Shown in pieces: positions 48,491 to 58,810 of a stretch of 64,000 bases of DNA. The position numbers and the translations under genes were made by a program. The stretch lies in NCBI GenBank assembly GCA_964615235.1, contig CAZTMK010000012.1, positions 844-64,843 on the forward strand, given 5' to 3'. The notes beneath the pieces were generated by a model. That model worked only from the letters and a program-made list of their open reading frames with translations, ran no database searches and had not been told where the DNA came from. The stretch comes from an uncultured Thermoplasmatales archaeon (lineage in GTDB: Archaea; Thermoplasmatota; E2; DHVEG-1). Numbering within the stretch: the first letter of the stretch is position 1; the number at the start of each line of letters is the position of its first letter.

Positions 48491-49531
48491 ATGAATCAGA
48501 CTGAAAATAGAAAAGATGAACATGTCAGAATATCCCTGGAAAAAAACGTCTCTTCACATTATAATTATTGGGATGATGTAAGACTCATACATAACGCTTT
48601 ACCTGAAATTAATAAAGACGAAATTGATCTTAGAATTAAACTCTATAAAAAAAATCTTGAGGCACCTTTGATAATTTCTGGGATGACGGGAGGATATAAA
48701 AAAGCTAAAGAAATTAATGAAACCCTTGCGGCTGCAGCAGAAAAATTTCAGTTGGGTATGGGAGTTGGTTCTCAAAGAGCAGCATTGGAAAATCCCGATC
48801 TTGCTTCAACATACAGCATTGTCAAAGATTTTGACATACCTCTCCGTTTTGCAAATATTGGAGCTTCACAGATAGTGCTTTGGGGGCATGATAAAACAAT
48901 TGATTATGCAAATAAAATGATTGAAATGATTGATGCCCATGCTTTTATGGTGTGTCTAAATTTTCTTCAGGAGGTAGTACAGTTTGAGGGGGAGGCCCAT
49001 GCAAAAGGATGCTTACAGGCGATATCAAATGTTTCAGAAGAGTTGGATGTTCCTGTGGTAGTTAAAGAATCTGGGGCTGGAATTTCTTATGATGTTGCTG
49101 CAAGGTTAGCAAAAATAGGTATATCCGGAATCGATGTTGGAGGAGCAGGTGGGACCTCATTTGCAGCAATTGAACATTATCGTGCGATTATGATCAATGA
49201 AAAACTCCATGAGAGGGGTGGAAAAACTTTCTGGGATTGGGGAATTCCTACACCTACCTCAATTATTGAAGTGGGAGAGGCAACCGATTGGAAACTTCCA
49301 ATTATTGCTACAGGTGGAATTAGACATGGATTAGATGCAGCAAAGGCAATTGCCCTAGGTGCAAATTGCGCTGGAATGGCACATGCTCTCCTTTCACCAG
49401 CGAATAATGGTAAGGATGCAATCTTTTTTGAAATAAATGCAATTCTAAAAGAATTAAGAGCTGCAATGTTTCTTGTTGGTGCTGACACAGTGGAAAAAAT
49501 GACAGATATAGGGGCTGAGGCATGGATTTAG
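48491..49531 (+). CDS. fni: Isopentenyl-diphosphate delta-isomerase type 2 (FMN-dependent)
   Basis: NRKDEHVRISL N-terminus. TIM-barrel FMN blocks GMTGG, ATGGIRHGLDAAKAIALGA. The ORF track starts at 48434; the ATG at 48491 has a GGAGGA RBS. Confidence 0.88.
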   Translation: MNQTENRKDEHVRISLEKNVSSHYNYWDDVRLIHNALPEINKDEIDLRIKLYKKNLEAPLIISGMTGGYKKAKEINETLAAAAEKFQLGMGVGSQRAALENPDLASTYSIVKDFDIPLRFANIGASQIVLWGHDKTIDYANKMIEMIDAHAFMVCLNFLQEVVQFEGEAHAKGCLQAISNVSEELDVPVVVKESGAGISYDVAARLAKIGISGIDVGGAGGTSFAAIEHYRAIMINEKLHERGGKTFWDWGIPTPTSIIEVGEATDWKLPIIATGGIRHGLDAAKAIALGANCAGMAHALLSPANNGKDAIFFEINAILKELRAAMFLVGADTVEKMTDIGAEAWI

Positions 49532-50505
49532 AACTGGAGCTATCAAAAAGAGCCGATTTGTTTAATAAAGAATTAGCAAAATTTTTAAAAAATGGAGAAC
49601 CAAAAACTCTTTATGATGCTGCCAGACATCTTCCATTGGCAGGGGGAAAAAGACTTAGGCCGTGTTTAGCAATGCTTACTTGCGAAACTCTAGGTGGGGA
49701 TGTTAAGAGGATGTTACCTATAGCAATTGCTCTTGAACTTGTGCATAATTTTACTCTTGTACATGACGACATAATGGACAAATCTACTCTTAGAAGAAAT
49801 CTTCCCACAGTACACATCAAATATGATGAACCCACTGCAATAATTGCTGGTGATCTTCTATTTGCCAAAGCTTTTGAGTCAATGCACAATTTAGTTGAAA
49901 TTCCAACAAATTTTAAAAGATTAAACTACGGTTTGCTAGAGTGTGTTCGGGAGATATGCGAAGGACAACAACTTGATATGGAATTTGAAAAGCGAAATAC
50001 CGTAACAGAGCAAGAATATATAGAAATGATTAGAAAAAAAACAGCGTTTTTTTTCCAATTTTCAGCTGAAAGTGGAGCGATTTTTGCTAATGCTTCCGAC
50101 AAAGAAATTGCTGCAATTGGAACTTATGGATTGTCGATTGGGTTAGCATTTCAGATACAAGATGACTACTTGGATATGAGTAGCGATGAAAAAACCCTTG
50201 GTAAAGACATCGGAAACGACATAAGAAATGGAAAAAAAACCCTTATTGCAGCGCGTTCACTTGGTACAGCCCGGGGAGAAGACAAAGAACTTTTAAAGCA
50301 GGTTTTTGGAAATCGAAATGCTACAGATAATGATATAAAAAAAGTTTATAATCTATTTTGGAAAAATAAATCCATTGATTACGCAAAACAAACTGCAGTT
50401 AATTATAGCCTAAAGGCGAAGGAATCGCTATCTATTTTTCCTCAAAGTCCAGCAAAACAAATTTTAATCGATTTGGCTGATTACACAATAGAAAGAGAGA
50501 AGTAA
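49522..50505 (+). CDS. idsA: Geranylgeranyl diphosphate synthase (short-chain trans-prenyltransferase)
   Basis: FARM LVHDDIMD and SARM QIQDDYLD motifs. Start overlaps the fni stop (ATGGATTTAG). Confidence 0.9.
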   Translation: MDLELELSKRADLFNKELAKFLKNGEPKTLYDAARHLPLAGGKRLRPCLAMLTCETLGGDVKRMLPIAIALELVHNFTLVHDDIMDKSTLRRNLPTVHIKYDEPTAIIAGDLLFAKAFESMHNLVEIPTNFKRLNYGLLECVREICEGQQLDMEFEKRNTVTEQEYIEMIRKKTAFFFQFSAESGAIFANASDKEIAAIGTYGLSIGLAFQIQDDYLDMSSDEKTLGKDIGNDIRNGKKTLIAARSLGTARGEDKELLKQVFGNRNATDNDIKKVYNLFWKNKSIDYAKQTAVNYSLKAKESLSIFPQSPAKQILIDLADYTIEREK

Positions 50506-50509
50506 ACCT

Positions 50510-52225
50510 ATGGATACCAAAGATATTCAAAATACTATTAGATTATATGCCTTGCAGAATGCAATCCAATTCAACGGAAAGGCAAATTCGAAGGCTGTCA
50601 TTGGGAAGGCAATTGCAATTTTCAAGAGGGAAGGGATTTCTCCAAAAGATCTCATTCCATTAATATCTGATATTGTTGATGATGTCAATTGTTTATCTCT
50701 TGATGCACAAAAAAAAGAATTGGAAATAAAAGCACCTGAACTTCTAAAGAAAGAAAAAAAGGAAAGAGATTTTTCGCTGCCAGAACTCCATGAAGCGCAA
50801 AAAGGGAAAGTTGTTACACGTTTTCCTCCCGAACCAAATGGTTATTTGCATATTGGTCATGCAAAAGCTGCTTTGATTGATTTTGAATATTCGCGTAGAT
50901 ATAATGGTAAATTTATACTAAGATTTGATGACACAAATCCAGAGAATGCAAAACTAGAGTTTTACGATGCTCAAAAAGAAGACCTTGTATGGCTGGGCAT
51001 AAAATGGGATGAGGAATACAAGACAAGTGACAACATTGATAAACACTACAAATTAGCAGAACAACTGATTAATCAAGGTGACGCATATGTTTGTACTTGC
51101 TCACCTGAAAATATTAAAGAGTGTCGATTCACAGGAAAAGAATGTGATTGTAGGGACTGTGATTGCGGAGATTCGATGGATCTTTGGAAAGAAATGATTT
51201 CCTCGTCGATGGATGGTGCAGTTCTACGTCTTAAGGGAGATATGTGTTGTGATAATACAGCAATGCGCGATCCAACATTGTTTCGAATAATTGACAAGGA
51301 ACACCCTCTGCAGGGCAAAAAATATCGTGTTTGGCCGACCTATGATTTTGCCGGAGCAGTTGAAGATAGTCTTAGTGGTGTCACTCATCCTTTTAGGACT
51401 AAAGAGTATGAGTTACGGGATGAATGTTACTTTAGGTTGTTAGATTATTTGAATTTAAGAAAACCACATCTTATGGAGTTTGCTAGATTATCTATAGAAG
51501 GCATGCCTGTTTCGAAGAGAAAAATAAAACCTCTTATTGAAAAAAATATGGTGTCGGGTTATGATGACATTAGATTGCCTACATTGAGAGGTCTTCGGAA
51601 ACGCGGTATTCAACCTGAAGCAATCAAACAATTTGTACTTTCTCAGGGTATTTCAAAAGTTGAGTCTACAGTACCATTCAGTATTGTCGAATCATTCAAT
51701 AGGAAACTTTTGGATCCAAAAGTAAAGCGTTTTTTCTTTGTGGAAACCCCTTTGAAATTAATAGTTGAAAATGCACCACAAAAAAGGAAAAAAATACCAT
51801 TCCATCCACACGATGAAACATTGGGAAGCCGAATTGTTGATACTAACAAACTTTTTTACGTTCCATGTGAGGATATGGATTTATTAAAGTTGGGTGAAGT
51901 TTTCCGCTTAAAGGATCTTTACAACGTAAAAATAACAAAGAAAAATGAAACGATTTATGGCGAATATGTCGGTGAGGGTTTAATTCCGGAAACTGCTAAG
52001 ATACAATGGACAACAGATAGATTTGTTTCAATGAAGATTTTTGTTCCTGGTCTTCTTTTCATTGGTGAAAATTTTAATCCAGATAGTTTAAGAATTATTG
52101 AGGGCTACGCAGAGGCATCGGTATCTACTTTAAACACGGATGAAATTGTCCAATTCGAGAGATTTGGGTTTGTCAGAATAGAAAATACTGATCGGGGAAT
52201 TAATGGATATTTTACTCATAAGTAA
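50510..52225 (+). CDS. gltX: Glutamyl-tRNA synthetase, archaeal type, with Cys-rich insertion
   Basis: HIGH motif in PNGYLHIGHAKAA. KMSKS-equivalent VSKRK. 571 aa. Insertion CTCSPENIKECRFTGKECDCRDCDCGD. Confidence 0.88.
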   Translation: MDTKDIQNTIRLYALQNAIQFNGKANSKAVIGKAIAIFKREGISPKDLIPLISDIVDDVNCLSLDAQKKELEIKAPELLKKEKKERDFSLPELHEAQKGKVVTRFPPEPNGYLHIGHAKAALIDFEYSRRYNGKFILRFDDTNPENAKLEFYDAQKEDLVWLGIKWDEEYKTSDNIDKHYKLAEQLINQGDAYVCTCSPENIKECRFTGKECDCRDCDCGDSMDLWKEMISSSMDGAVLRLKGDMCCDNTAMRDPTLFRIIDKEHPLQGKKYRVWPTYDFAGAVEDSLSGVTHPFRTKEYELRDECYFRLLDYLNLRKPHLMEFARLSIEGMPVSKRKIKPLIEKNMVSGYDDIRLPTLRGLRKRGIQPEAIKQFVLSQGISKVESTVPFSIVESFNRKLLDPKVKRFFFVETPLKLIVENAPQKRKKIPFHPHDETLGSRIVDTNKLFYVPCEDMDLLKLGEVFRLKDLYNVKITKKNETIYGEYVGEGLIPETAKIQWTTDRFVSMKIFVPGLLFIGENFNPDSLRIIEGYAEASVSTLNTDEIVQFERFGFVRIENTDRGINGYFTHK

Positions 52226-52288
52226 ACTATTTAAGTCTGCCAATTATCTCATTTTTTATTCAAATATCAAGTATGGGATTGGTTTAAG

Positions 52289-52984
52289 ATGCACTTTACT
52301 AAGAAAATCTTGTCAATTTTTAGCCTATGCTTTTTATCTTTGATCACTTTGATTAATGTGGTATCTGCAGCAGATACAATCGAAATAGATCCCGGAAGTC
52401 TATTTTTACCAATTGTTGTGGCAGTGATTGTTATCATTGGTATGATAGTTGCGATGCTGACGATCGGCGGGATAAAATATGTTACACCTGAAAACGTTTT
52501 AGATACAGAAGTACGTAAAAATCTCTATGGTTATATTAATGATTATCCTGGATCTCATCTTAGAGAAATTGCCCGTGAACTTAATTTAAAACCAAGTAAT
52601 GCAGCGTGGCATTTGAGAAAATTAGAACAAACGAATCTTATTAGAAGTCGAAATATTGGTGGGAAAAAGGTATACTATTTGGTGGAGGGGGGTATTGAAG
52701 CCAGAAGAGAGGCTGTGGCGGAATCAATACTAAAAAATAGAAACGCCCAGAAAATTATGTATTATTTGACAAATAATCCCGGCAAACATCTTCTTGAAAT
52801 AGCCAAGGCACTAGATTTAAATCATCATACGGTTAAATGGCATATTGAAAAAATGTATATGGCAGAACTTATTGATGGGGATACAACGAATTCTGCTTAT
52901 CCAATATATTATCCCACCGAGATGGGATCACAGATAATAAAACACATGCCCATTCAACAAAAAAATTCTAGAAGAGCATCTTAA
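52289..52984 (+). CDS. Membrane-anchored protein with two tandem winged-helix domains
   Basis: Signal/TM MHFTKKILSIFSLCFLSLITLINVVSA. Second TM LPIVVAVIVIIGMIVAMLTIGGI. Then two wHTH units (YGYINDYPGSHLREIARELNL...WHLRKLEQTNLI and IMYYLTNNPGKHLLEIAKALDL...WHIEKMYMAELI). Confidence 0.6.
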   Translation: MHFTKKILSIFSLCFLSLITLINVVSAADTIEIDPGSLFLPIVVAVIVIIGMIVAMLTIGGIKYVTPENVLDTEVRKNLYGYINDYPGSHLREIARELNLKPSNAAWHLRKLEQTNLIRSRNIGGKKVYYLVEGGIEARREAVAESILKNRNAQKIMYYLTNNPGKHLLEIAKALDLNHHTVKWHIEKMYMAELIDGDTTNSAYPIYYPTEMGSQIIKHMPIQQKNSRRAS

Positions 52985-52989
52985 AACTA

Positions 52990-53262
52990 TTATATTCTAC
53001 CAACGTCTGTAACTTCAACAGAGTCTACATTTTCAATTTTGGATAAAGTTTCAACAATGGGATCAAGACCGCCCTCGCTATCTGGAACAGAAACAGTAAC
53101 ATTAAGCCCTTTTAATCCAAATGCTATCTCTTTTATCTCGATTCTTCCGAGTTTGGCCGGAGACTTGATAGCAATTTTTATATCTTCAATAATTTTGTTG
53201 AGTTTTTCGTCCTCGATTACTTCGCCTGGCATTACTCTCATTAAAGCGATAACTTCACCCAT
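52990..53262 (-). CDS. Translation elongation factor aEF-1 beta
   Basis: 90 aa. MGEVIALMRVMP...IKEIAFGLKGLNV...VENVDSVEVTDV is typical of archaeal EF-1beta. Confidence 0.85.
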   Translation of the reverse strand: MGEVIALMRVMPGEVIEDEKLNKIIEDIKIAIKSPAKLGRIEIKEIAFGLKGLNVTVSVPDSEGGLDPIVETLSKIENVDSVEVTDVGRI

Positions 53263-53299
53263 TATAAGCCTCTCCTATTTTATGAACATTTTATGATAT

Positions 53300-53464
53300 T
53301 TATGGTCCGATAAAACCACACTTTGTGCAGACGTATTTCACACTTTGTTCCCTGCAACTGTTGCACCTACCAATTACTTCTGTGCAGACTGGGCAGGGAA
53401 ATGTCGCTGACCCACGTTCAAGTAGCCCCTTTCCGCAAGAAATACACTTTTCTGCCTTATTCAT
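53300..53464 (-). CDS. Small Cys4 zinc-ribbon protein (54 aa), co-oriented upstream of aEF-1beta
   Basis: Hand translation: MNKAEKCISCGKGLLERGSATFPCPVCTEVIGRCNSCREQSVKYVCTKCGFIGP. Under 60 aa, so absent from the ORF track. A Zn-ribbon gene next to EF-1beta is a recurrent archaeal arrangement. Confidence 0.6.
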   Translation of the reverse strand: MNKAEKCISCGKGLLERGSATFPCPVCTEVIGRCNSCREQSVKYVCTKCGFIGP

Positions 53465-53543
53465 AGGAAGTGCTGAATGAATATCTTATATTAAAATATA
53501 TGCTATATAACCTTACATTTTATGATTTTATCATAAGTGGCTA

Positions 53544-53593
53544 TCATCATTAATACAAATAATCAAATTCATCATTAATACAAATAATCAAAT
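53544..53593. repeat. Perfect 25-bp tandem direct repeat (2 copies) TCATCATTAATACAAATAATCAAAT
   Basis: Copy 1 at 53544-53568 and copy 2 at 53569-53593, identical. Located between the Zn-ribbon/EF-1beta operon start and the 3' end of 53629-54690. Confidence 0.85.
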
Positions 53594-53628
53594 ATTGAAG
53601 TAATTCTTTAGAAGGCACATAAAAGGAA

Positions 53629-54690
53629 TTATCTCGTTTTAATCTTGTCAAGAGAAAACGATGCTAAAGATTTGAAAATTTTGTATTGGTATATTGCACC
53701 AACAATTAATCCCATGTGATAGGTTATTAAACGGAACAACAAGACGAAAACACCTATTAGATGGGCTCCTATAAAAACACTGTACAATGCAGCTGCTCCC
53801 CCTTCTGTTACCCCTGCGCTACCGGGTGTGGTCGGCATCATAACAATTATAATAAGAAGAATTTGTGCGGCACAAGATTCGATTATGTGGGGCTGCAAAC
53901 CAAGCCCTATCAATATTAGAACTGGCACCATCCAACCAGTTATCCAAAAGGCTACTGTTAAAAAAAATGCTTTAAAAAAATCAATTTTTTTGTGTGATAG
54001 AAAACAGACCATACTCTCATGAAAATTATCAACTTCTGTATTTATTTTTTCTACAATTTTACTCTCACTTTGTCTTTTCCTTGAGAATCTTGCGAGTTTA
54101 TTATTTAAAAATAATATTAATGACTTGATTTTTTTGGGATTTTTTAATGCATATAGGAAAAATCCAACTAAGACTATAAATATAGCGACTGCTATAGTGA
54201 GACCTATACTTAACGCTCCAGTATTGATTTTACTTCTAAATACTAAGAATGCAAATGGAAAACAGATCATCAGAAAAATTGCATCTAGCAAACGTTCTCC
54301 CAGGACTGCAGCAGTGGCACCACCAACACTTAATCCATCTTTATTTAGTAAATAAATTCTGACTGGTTCACCACCTGCCATCGATGGGGTAATATTTGCT
54401 AAAAATAAATTTGCCATTACTATCCTTGTAGATTCCCACAAACTAATTTTAACATCACTTTCAACCGCATTTGTTAACGACCTTAGACGGGCACCCCACA
54501 GGATCCAATTAATGAAATTTATCAAAACTGCTGCAAAAAAAAATTCAAATTTTATGTTTTGACTTGATAGATAAGTAAATGTTTGTGTATCAAACGTAAG
54601 ATACAAAATAATCAGAATAATGGTTATACTTAGAGAGAGACTTATAACAATTGGTAATTTCATTGTTTTTGGTCGTTTCTCAGGTTGCAC
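53629..54690 (-). CDS. UPF0104 / LPG-synthase-TM 'flippase-like' integral membrane protein
   Basis: 353 aa, about 8 TM. ANLFLANITPSMAGGEPVRIYLLNKDGLSVGGATAAVLGERLLD is characteristic of the family. Confidence 0.65.
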   Translation of the reverse strand: MQPEKRPKTMKLPIVISLSLSITIILIILYLTFDTQTFTYLSSQNIKFEFFFAAVLINFINWILWGARLRSLTNAVESDVKISLWESTRIVMANLFLANITPSMAGGEPVRIYLLNKDGLSVGGATAAVLGERLLDAIFLMICFPFAFLVFRSKINTGALSIGLTIAVAIFIVLVGFFLYALKNPKKIKSLILFLNNKLARFSRKRQSESKIVEKINTEVDNFHESMVCFLSHKKIDFFKAFFLTVAFWITGWMVPVLILIGLGLQPHIIESCAAQILLIIIVMMPTTPGSAGVTEGGAAALYSVFIGAHLIGVFVLLFRLITYHMGLIVGAIYQYKIFKSLASFSLDKIKTR

Positions 54691-54786
54691 AGCGTTGATA
54701 ATTCTTGTAACATATATCTTACTTATGGTTTTTTATAAACAAAAAAATTTTTGAGTAAATAGATAATGTCATGGGACTAAAAAACG

Positions 54787-55746
54787 ATGATATCCATGAA
54801 AAATTTACCTGTTTCCAAATATGTTAAGACTGCAAAATATGTTATGCAAAACTGGATTGCAGGTGAATGCATTTATCCGTTTTATGCATCATTTAAAGTT
54901 ACACACAAATGTAGTTTAAAATGTAGTTTTTGTAATGTATGGATGGAAAAAACCCCTGATCTATCTAAGGAAGAGGTCTATAAAGTTCTCGACAACCTCG
55001 AAAATTCAAGTATAGTAGTTTTAAGTCTTGAGGGTGGCGACCCTTTGGTTAGAAAAGACATAGGTGAAATCTTGGAATATGCACATAAAAAACCATTTAT
55101 CTTATTTTTTACAACAAATGGGCATCTGATTGACAAAAGACCTATGGAAGAATATGGAAAGAACGTTGATTATATTCATATAAGTATAGATGAAGGCCAT
55201 GAAAACCTTGAATTTTTTGAAAGACTTGATGAATTTCAAAGTTATGGTCCAGAAATATGCATTCAAGTTGTTGTAACAAAGCAAACCATGGACAAAATAG
55301 AGGATAAAGTAAAAAAAGTATACAAGGCAGGTGCAAGGACAGTTATCATGCCTGCATGTCATCTTGATGGTACTGACGATTACTATCCAAATCCAGAACA
55401 ATTTCGAAATGAAATAATTAGATTGAAAAAAAAGTACCCAAACACGATTACAACCCCGATTGGATTTTTAGACAACATTAACAAACCTCATGGGTGCTCT
55501 ACTTCCTCAATAATAATTGATTCTGATGGTGGGTTATTCTACCCATGCAGAACTATCGGATCCCGGCTATTCAATTTTACCGAAGGTTCTTTTATGGATT
55601 TTCTGAAAACTAGTGAAGCTGAGAAGGCACGAGATGCTATGAAACATTGTACGCGCAACTGCGGGTGGTATCAATATTTTGCAACTGATGTGTTTGCATC
55701 ACCTTTTTCAATTGCTACTTCATTAAGTCCGTATATATTCAAATAA
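54787..55746 (+). CDS. Radical SAM enzyme (CX3CX2C) with C-terminal Cys-rich auxiliary (SPASM/twitch-like) region
   Basis: THKCSLKCSFCNV canonical motif. GGDPLV (SAM-binding GGE-like). C-terminal CSTS...CRT...CTRNCGW cysteines. Confidence 0.75.
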   Translation: MISMKNLPVSKYVKTAKYVMQNWIAGECIYPFYASFKVTHKCSLKCSFCNVWMEKTPDLSKEEVYKVLDNLENSSIVVLSLEGGDPLVRKDIGEILEYAHKKPFILFFTTNGHLIDKRPMEEYGKNVDYIHISIDEGHENLEFFERLDEFQSYGPEICIQVVVTKQTMDKIEDKVKKVYKAGARTVIMPACHLDGTDDYYPNPEQFRNEIIRLKKKYPNTITTPIGFLDNINKPHGCSTSSIIIDSDGGLFYPCRTIGSRLFNFTEGSFMDFLKTSEAEKARDAMKHCTRNCGWYQYFATDVFASPFSIATSLSPYIFK

Positions 55747-55769
55747 AAATAAAAATTTATGGCAGCGGG

Positions 55770-56873
55770 TCAAATTTTCCTTTTGACTAATGTTGTGTAA
55801 ATCTTTTTTGTTTTCTTGGCAACTTCATTCCAGCTGTAGTTTTCTACGATGCATTGTCGTGCACGTTTCCCCATCTCTTTTGCAATATCTTCGTTGATAA
55901 GCAAGTAATCAATGCGTTCTGCGAGTTTTTCCTCTGTTTCTATATCAAGCAAAATCCCTCGATCTGTTCCCAAAAACTCAGATGCTTTACCAACATTAGA
56001 ACTAATTACTGGTAGTTCACAGGCCATTGCCTCGGCTACAACCAAACCCCAGCTCTCTCCACGTGAGGGAAAAACAGCGACATCTGCACCTCGTGCATAT
56101 GCCAAAAGCTGATCATCTGAAAGATAACCTGGAAAGATAATGTTTGGGTTTGCCTGGGCTATTTGTTTAAGTTTTGGTAGATCCGGTCCTTTTCCAATGA
56201 TAACTAGTTTAGTGTCCGGTGTTTTACATCGATCAAATGCTTTGATGAGAAGTTGTATGTTTTTCTGATAACCAAGGCGACCCCAATAAATAACTAGATT
56301 TTTACAGTTTAATTTCTTTTTAATATCAGATTTGCCTGGGCTAAATTTTTCTGTATCAACACCATTTGGAATGTAAACAATTTTTTTTGGATCAATGCCC
56401 CAACTCTTAAAAATAGGGAGGTATTCCTCGTTGACACAGATGATTCTGTCAACCTGCTGTGCCATTGATTTCGTCACTAAACGAATTATATGACGATAGA
56501 TAAATCCAAGGAGCTTATTTCCTTTGAAATTAAGAATATAATGTGTTGTAATAACTTTCGGCATGTCAAGTTTTCTAAGTAATCCACCACAAAACGTAAA
56601 CAAAGGACCATGAAGATGAATAAGATCAATGTTTCGTTTTTTGATTTCTTGTTTTATTTTTGAAAAAGATCCAGGTGGGTTGATAAAATAGATTTCCCAT
56701 AATGAAAAAATACAGGGTATATGATAAAAAAGTAATCCTTCATCTTCTTGGTATCCAGATTGTTTTGTGTTTCCCGTAATAATAACCGATGGTATTCTAA
56801 GCTGTTTTACCAGTTCGGCAACGTGAGTATACACGCCTCCCTCTTTGTACGTGGTTATTTCAGCGATTTGCAT
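55770..56873 (-). CDS. Glycosyltransferase family 4 (GT-B, retaining)
   Basis: GESWGLVVAEAMACELPVISSNVGKASE (E-x7-E). 367 aa. Confidence 0.8.
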   Translation of the reverse strand: MQIAEITTYKEGGVYTHVAELVKQLRIPSVIITGNTKQSGYQEDEGLLFYHIPCIFSLWEIYFINPPGSFSKIKQEIKKRNIDLIHLHGPLFTFCGGLLRKLDMPKVITTHYILNFKGNKLLGFIYRHIIRLVTKSMAQQVDRIICVNEEYLPIFKSWGIDPKKIVYIPNGVDTEKFSPGKSDIKKKLNCKNLVIYWGRLGYQKNIQLLIKAFDRCKTPDTKLVIIGKGPDLPKLKQIAQANPNIIFPGYLSDDQLLAYARGADVAVFPSRGESWGLVVAEAMACELPVISSNVGKASEFLGTDRGILLDIETEEKLAERIDYLLINEDIAKEMGKRARQCIVENYSWNEVAKKTKKIYTTLVKRKI

Positions 56874-56885
56874 ACTATAAAAAAA

Positions 56886-58568
56886 TTATTCAAGATCCTG
56901 TTGTTCAATCCATGTCCAATTCACTGAAAAGACTTCAGCCCAGTGCTCTTCCTGCATATTTTCATTTATGGTTGCATTTCTATACACGAGTTCAAAAGGC
57001 TCGCTTAAGAATTTATCATAAGAAGCATTAGTTATATATACTATCTCTGCAAAACCAACGTGAACAACACGTTCTTTCATGATATCATCTATAATAATAT
57101 GAGTAATTCTACTCTTGTATTGTTTTTCAATACCCATTAATTCGTCGAGATAGTCAGTGAGATTTATCGAATCCCACAATTTTGTAGCGTTGTCAAGCGT
57201 TGTGTTAAATCCAACTGCTTCCGCTATTCTGGCTAGCCTATGATCTGAAGCTACAATACAATTATTTTTGTACAAATTCTCTCCCATCCAATCTACAACT
57301 GCTAGATCCTCGTTGGTAATGGCCTCATATGAAGCATTTAGTGAAACATGTGATGGGTATATTGATACGGCGTTGGTTGTAACTATTATAACCACAGCGA
57401 ACAAATATAAAACTTGTCGCTTTTTCATTAATCTGGCGGGAGAAGAATAGTTAGCAATTACTTTCTCAATTTGGGGAAGTTTTTTTACAGTTTCAATAAT
57501 AGTGGAATCATTACCAACCCGCAGAAATATATCACGAATACCATATATTGACATCACACTTAACGGTATCATCATGTATTCGAGGTGTCTATGTGGATAA
57601 AATACCCAGTTTGAGTTAAGAATACCATATAAGAAAGAAAGTAAAATTGCAATAAACCAACCTCGAATAAAATATCCATTTTTAATAAATTTCATACTTG
57701 AAAAACCCACAACAGCAAAACCGAAAATTGCCACTAATGGAATCGAAAAAATTACCGTTAAGGCTGTAAATTGCACGTTTGTCCAAGGCATTTTTATAAA
57801 GGTAAAAATACCCATTCCAATGAAACAAATAGCAATTGTCAATGCAAATCGCGTTATATTTTTTCTAGAATTAAGCTCCTTTTTTTCAATAAAAATATTT
57901 AATTTTCTTTTCAGCATAATTAGTGCAAGGGATGCAAAAAAAACCAAATAAAATACAATAATTACCATCATTGATGAAATTGGTATTGAACCTATGGTTA
58001 TTCGATTATTCATAAAACTTTCATAAACTGGTGTTGCAACAAAGGCCCAATAAGAAAAAATAAGTACACTAGCAAGTAAGATATACATTATGTCAATCTT
58101 TATAGAATTAGTCCATTTCCTTTGACTTAAATTTTCGAAAAAGACAATACTTATTAAAGAAATTAAAAAGAAATAAGTGGTGAAATGATGAGACATTATA
58201 AGCAAAATTGTTGATATAAATAATGGCACGACATATCTGTGATCTTGACGAAACTTGATAAATAAATATATTGACGTCATCATGAAAAAATGACCCATTG
58301 TTAAAGGAGAAGCATGGCTAGTTTGATATGCATGAAAGGGCAATACTGCAAGTACCAAACTTGAGAGTAGAGCAGTCTTTTCATCTCCCGTTAATTCTTT
58401 AACAATAAAATAGAAGATTAAAACTGAAAGGCCACCGAATATTGGGGCAAGTTTCGGCATCAATGTTATGACATCAATACCAGTAATCCAGTGTGCCATG
58501 CCAGTCATTGCATAGAGTACGGGAAAATACTGATAAGAACCTCCCCAACCATAGTAAGACGAGAACAA
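56886..58568 (-). CDS. GT-C-fold integral membrane glycosyltransferase (PMT_2/ArnT-like). No WWDYG motif seen, so probably not AglB.
   Basis: 560 aa, at least 11 TM. N-terminal region VITLMPKLAPIFGGLSVLIFYFIVKELTG...LPFHAYQTSHA typical of the GT39/GT83-like family. C-terminal soluble domain. Confidence 0.55.
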   Translation of the reverse strand: MFSSYYGWGGSYQYFPVLYAMTGMAHWITGIDVITLMPKLAPIFGGLSVLIFYFIVKELTGDEKTALLSSLVLAVLPFHAYQTSHASPLTMGHFFMMTSIYLFIKFRQDHRYVVPLFISTILLIMSHHFTTYFFLISLISIVFFENLSQRKWTNSIKIDIMYILLASVLIFSYWAFVATPVYESFMNNRITIGSIPISSMMVIIVFYLVFFASLALIMLKRKLNIFIEKKELNSRKNITRFALTIAICFIGMGIFTFIKMPWTNVQFTALTVIFSIPLVAIFGFAVVGFSSMKFIKNGYFIRGWFIAILLSFLYGILNSNWVFYPHRHLEYMMIPLSVMSIYGIRDIFLRVGNDSTIIETVKKLPQIEKVIANYSSPARLMKKRQVLYLFAVVIIVTTNAVSIYPSHVSLNASYEAITNEDLAVVDWMGENLYKNNCIVASDHRLARIAEAVGFNTTLDNATKLWDSINLTDYLDELMGIEKQYKSRITHIIIDDIMKERVVHVGFAEIVYITNASYDKFLSEPFELVYRNATINENMQEEHWAEVFSVNWTWIEQQDLE

Positions 58569-58810
58569 TTCACCACTTTTTACAAAAGAATTTGTGAGTC
58601 CATAGTATATTCCAAAATCACAACCCCATGCAGCAAAACTCCAACTAGGAATTGAACGTAAAAAAATCGCAAAACCTGTAACTGTTGTTAAGAGAAGTGT
58701 CGCACTGTATTTTATCTTCCTTGGCTTCTCGGTTATTATTTTTGCTCCCCCTGTTTCAAAAACTTAAATACGTTACTGTAATTAAGATTGCTATTAAAAA
58801 ATTGTGCTTT

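Noticed and set aside
53544-53593. Possible CRISPR array
   Set aside because: There are only two identical adjacent 25-bp copies with no spacers, and no cas genes anywhere in the window. This is a simple tandem duplication.
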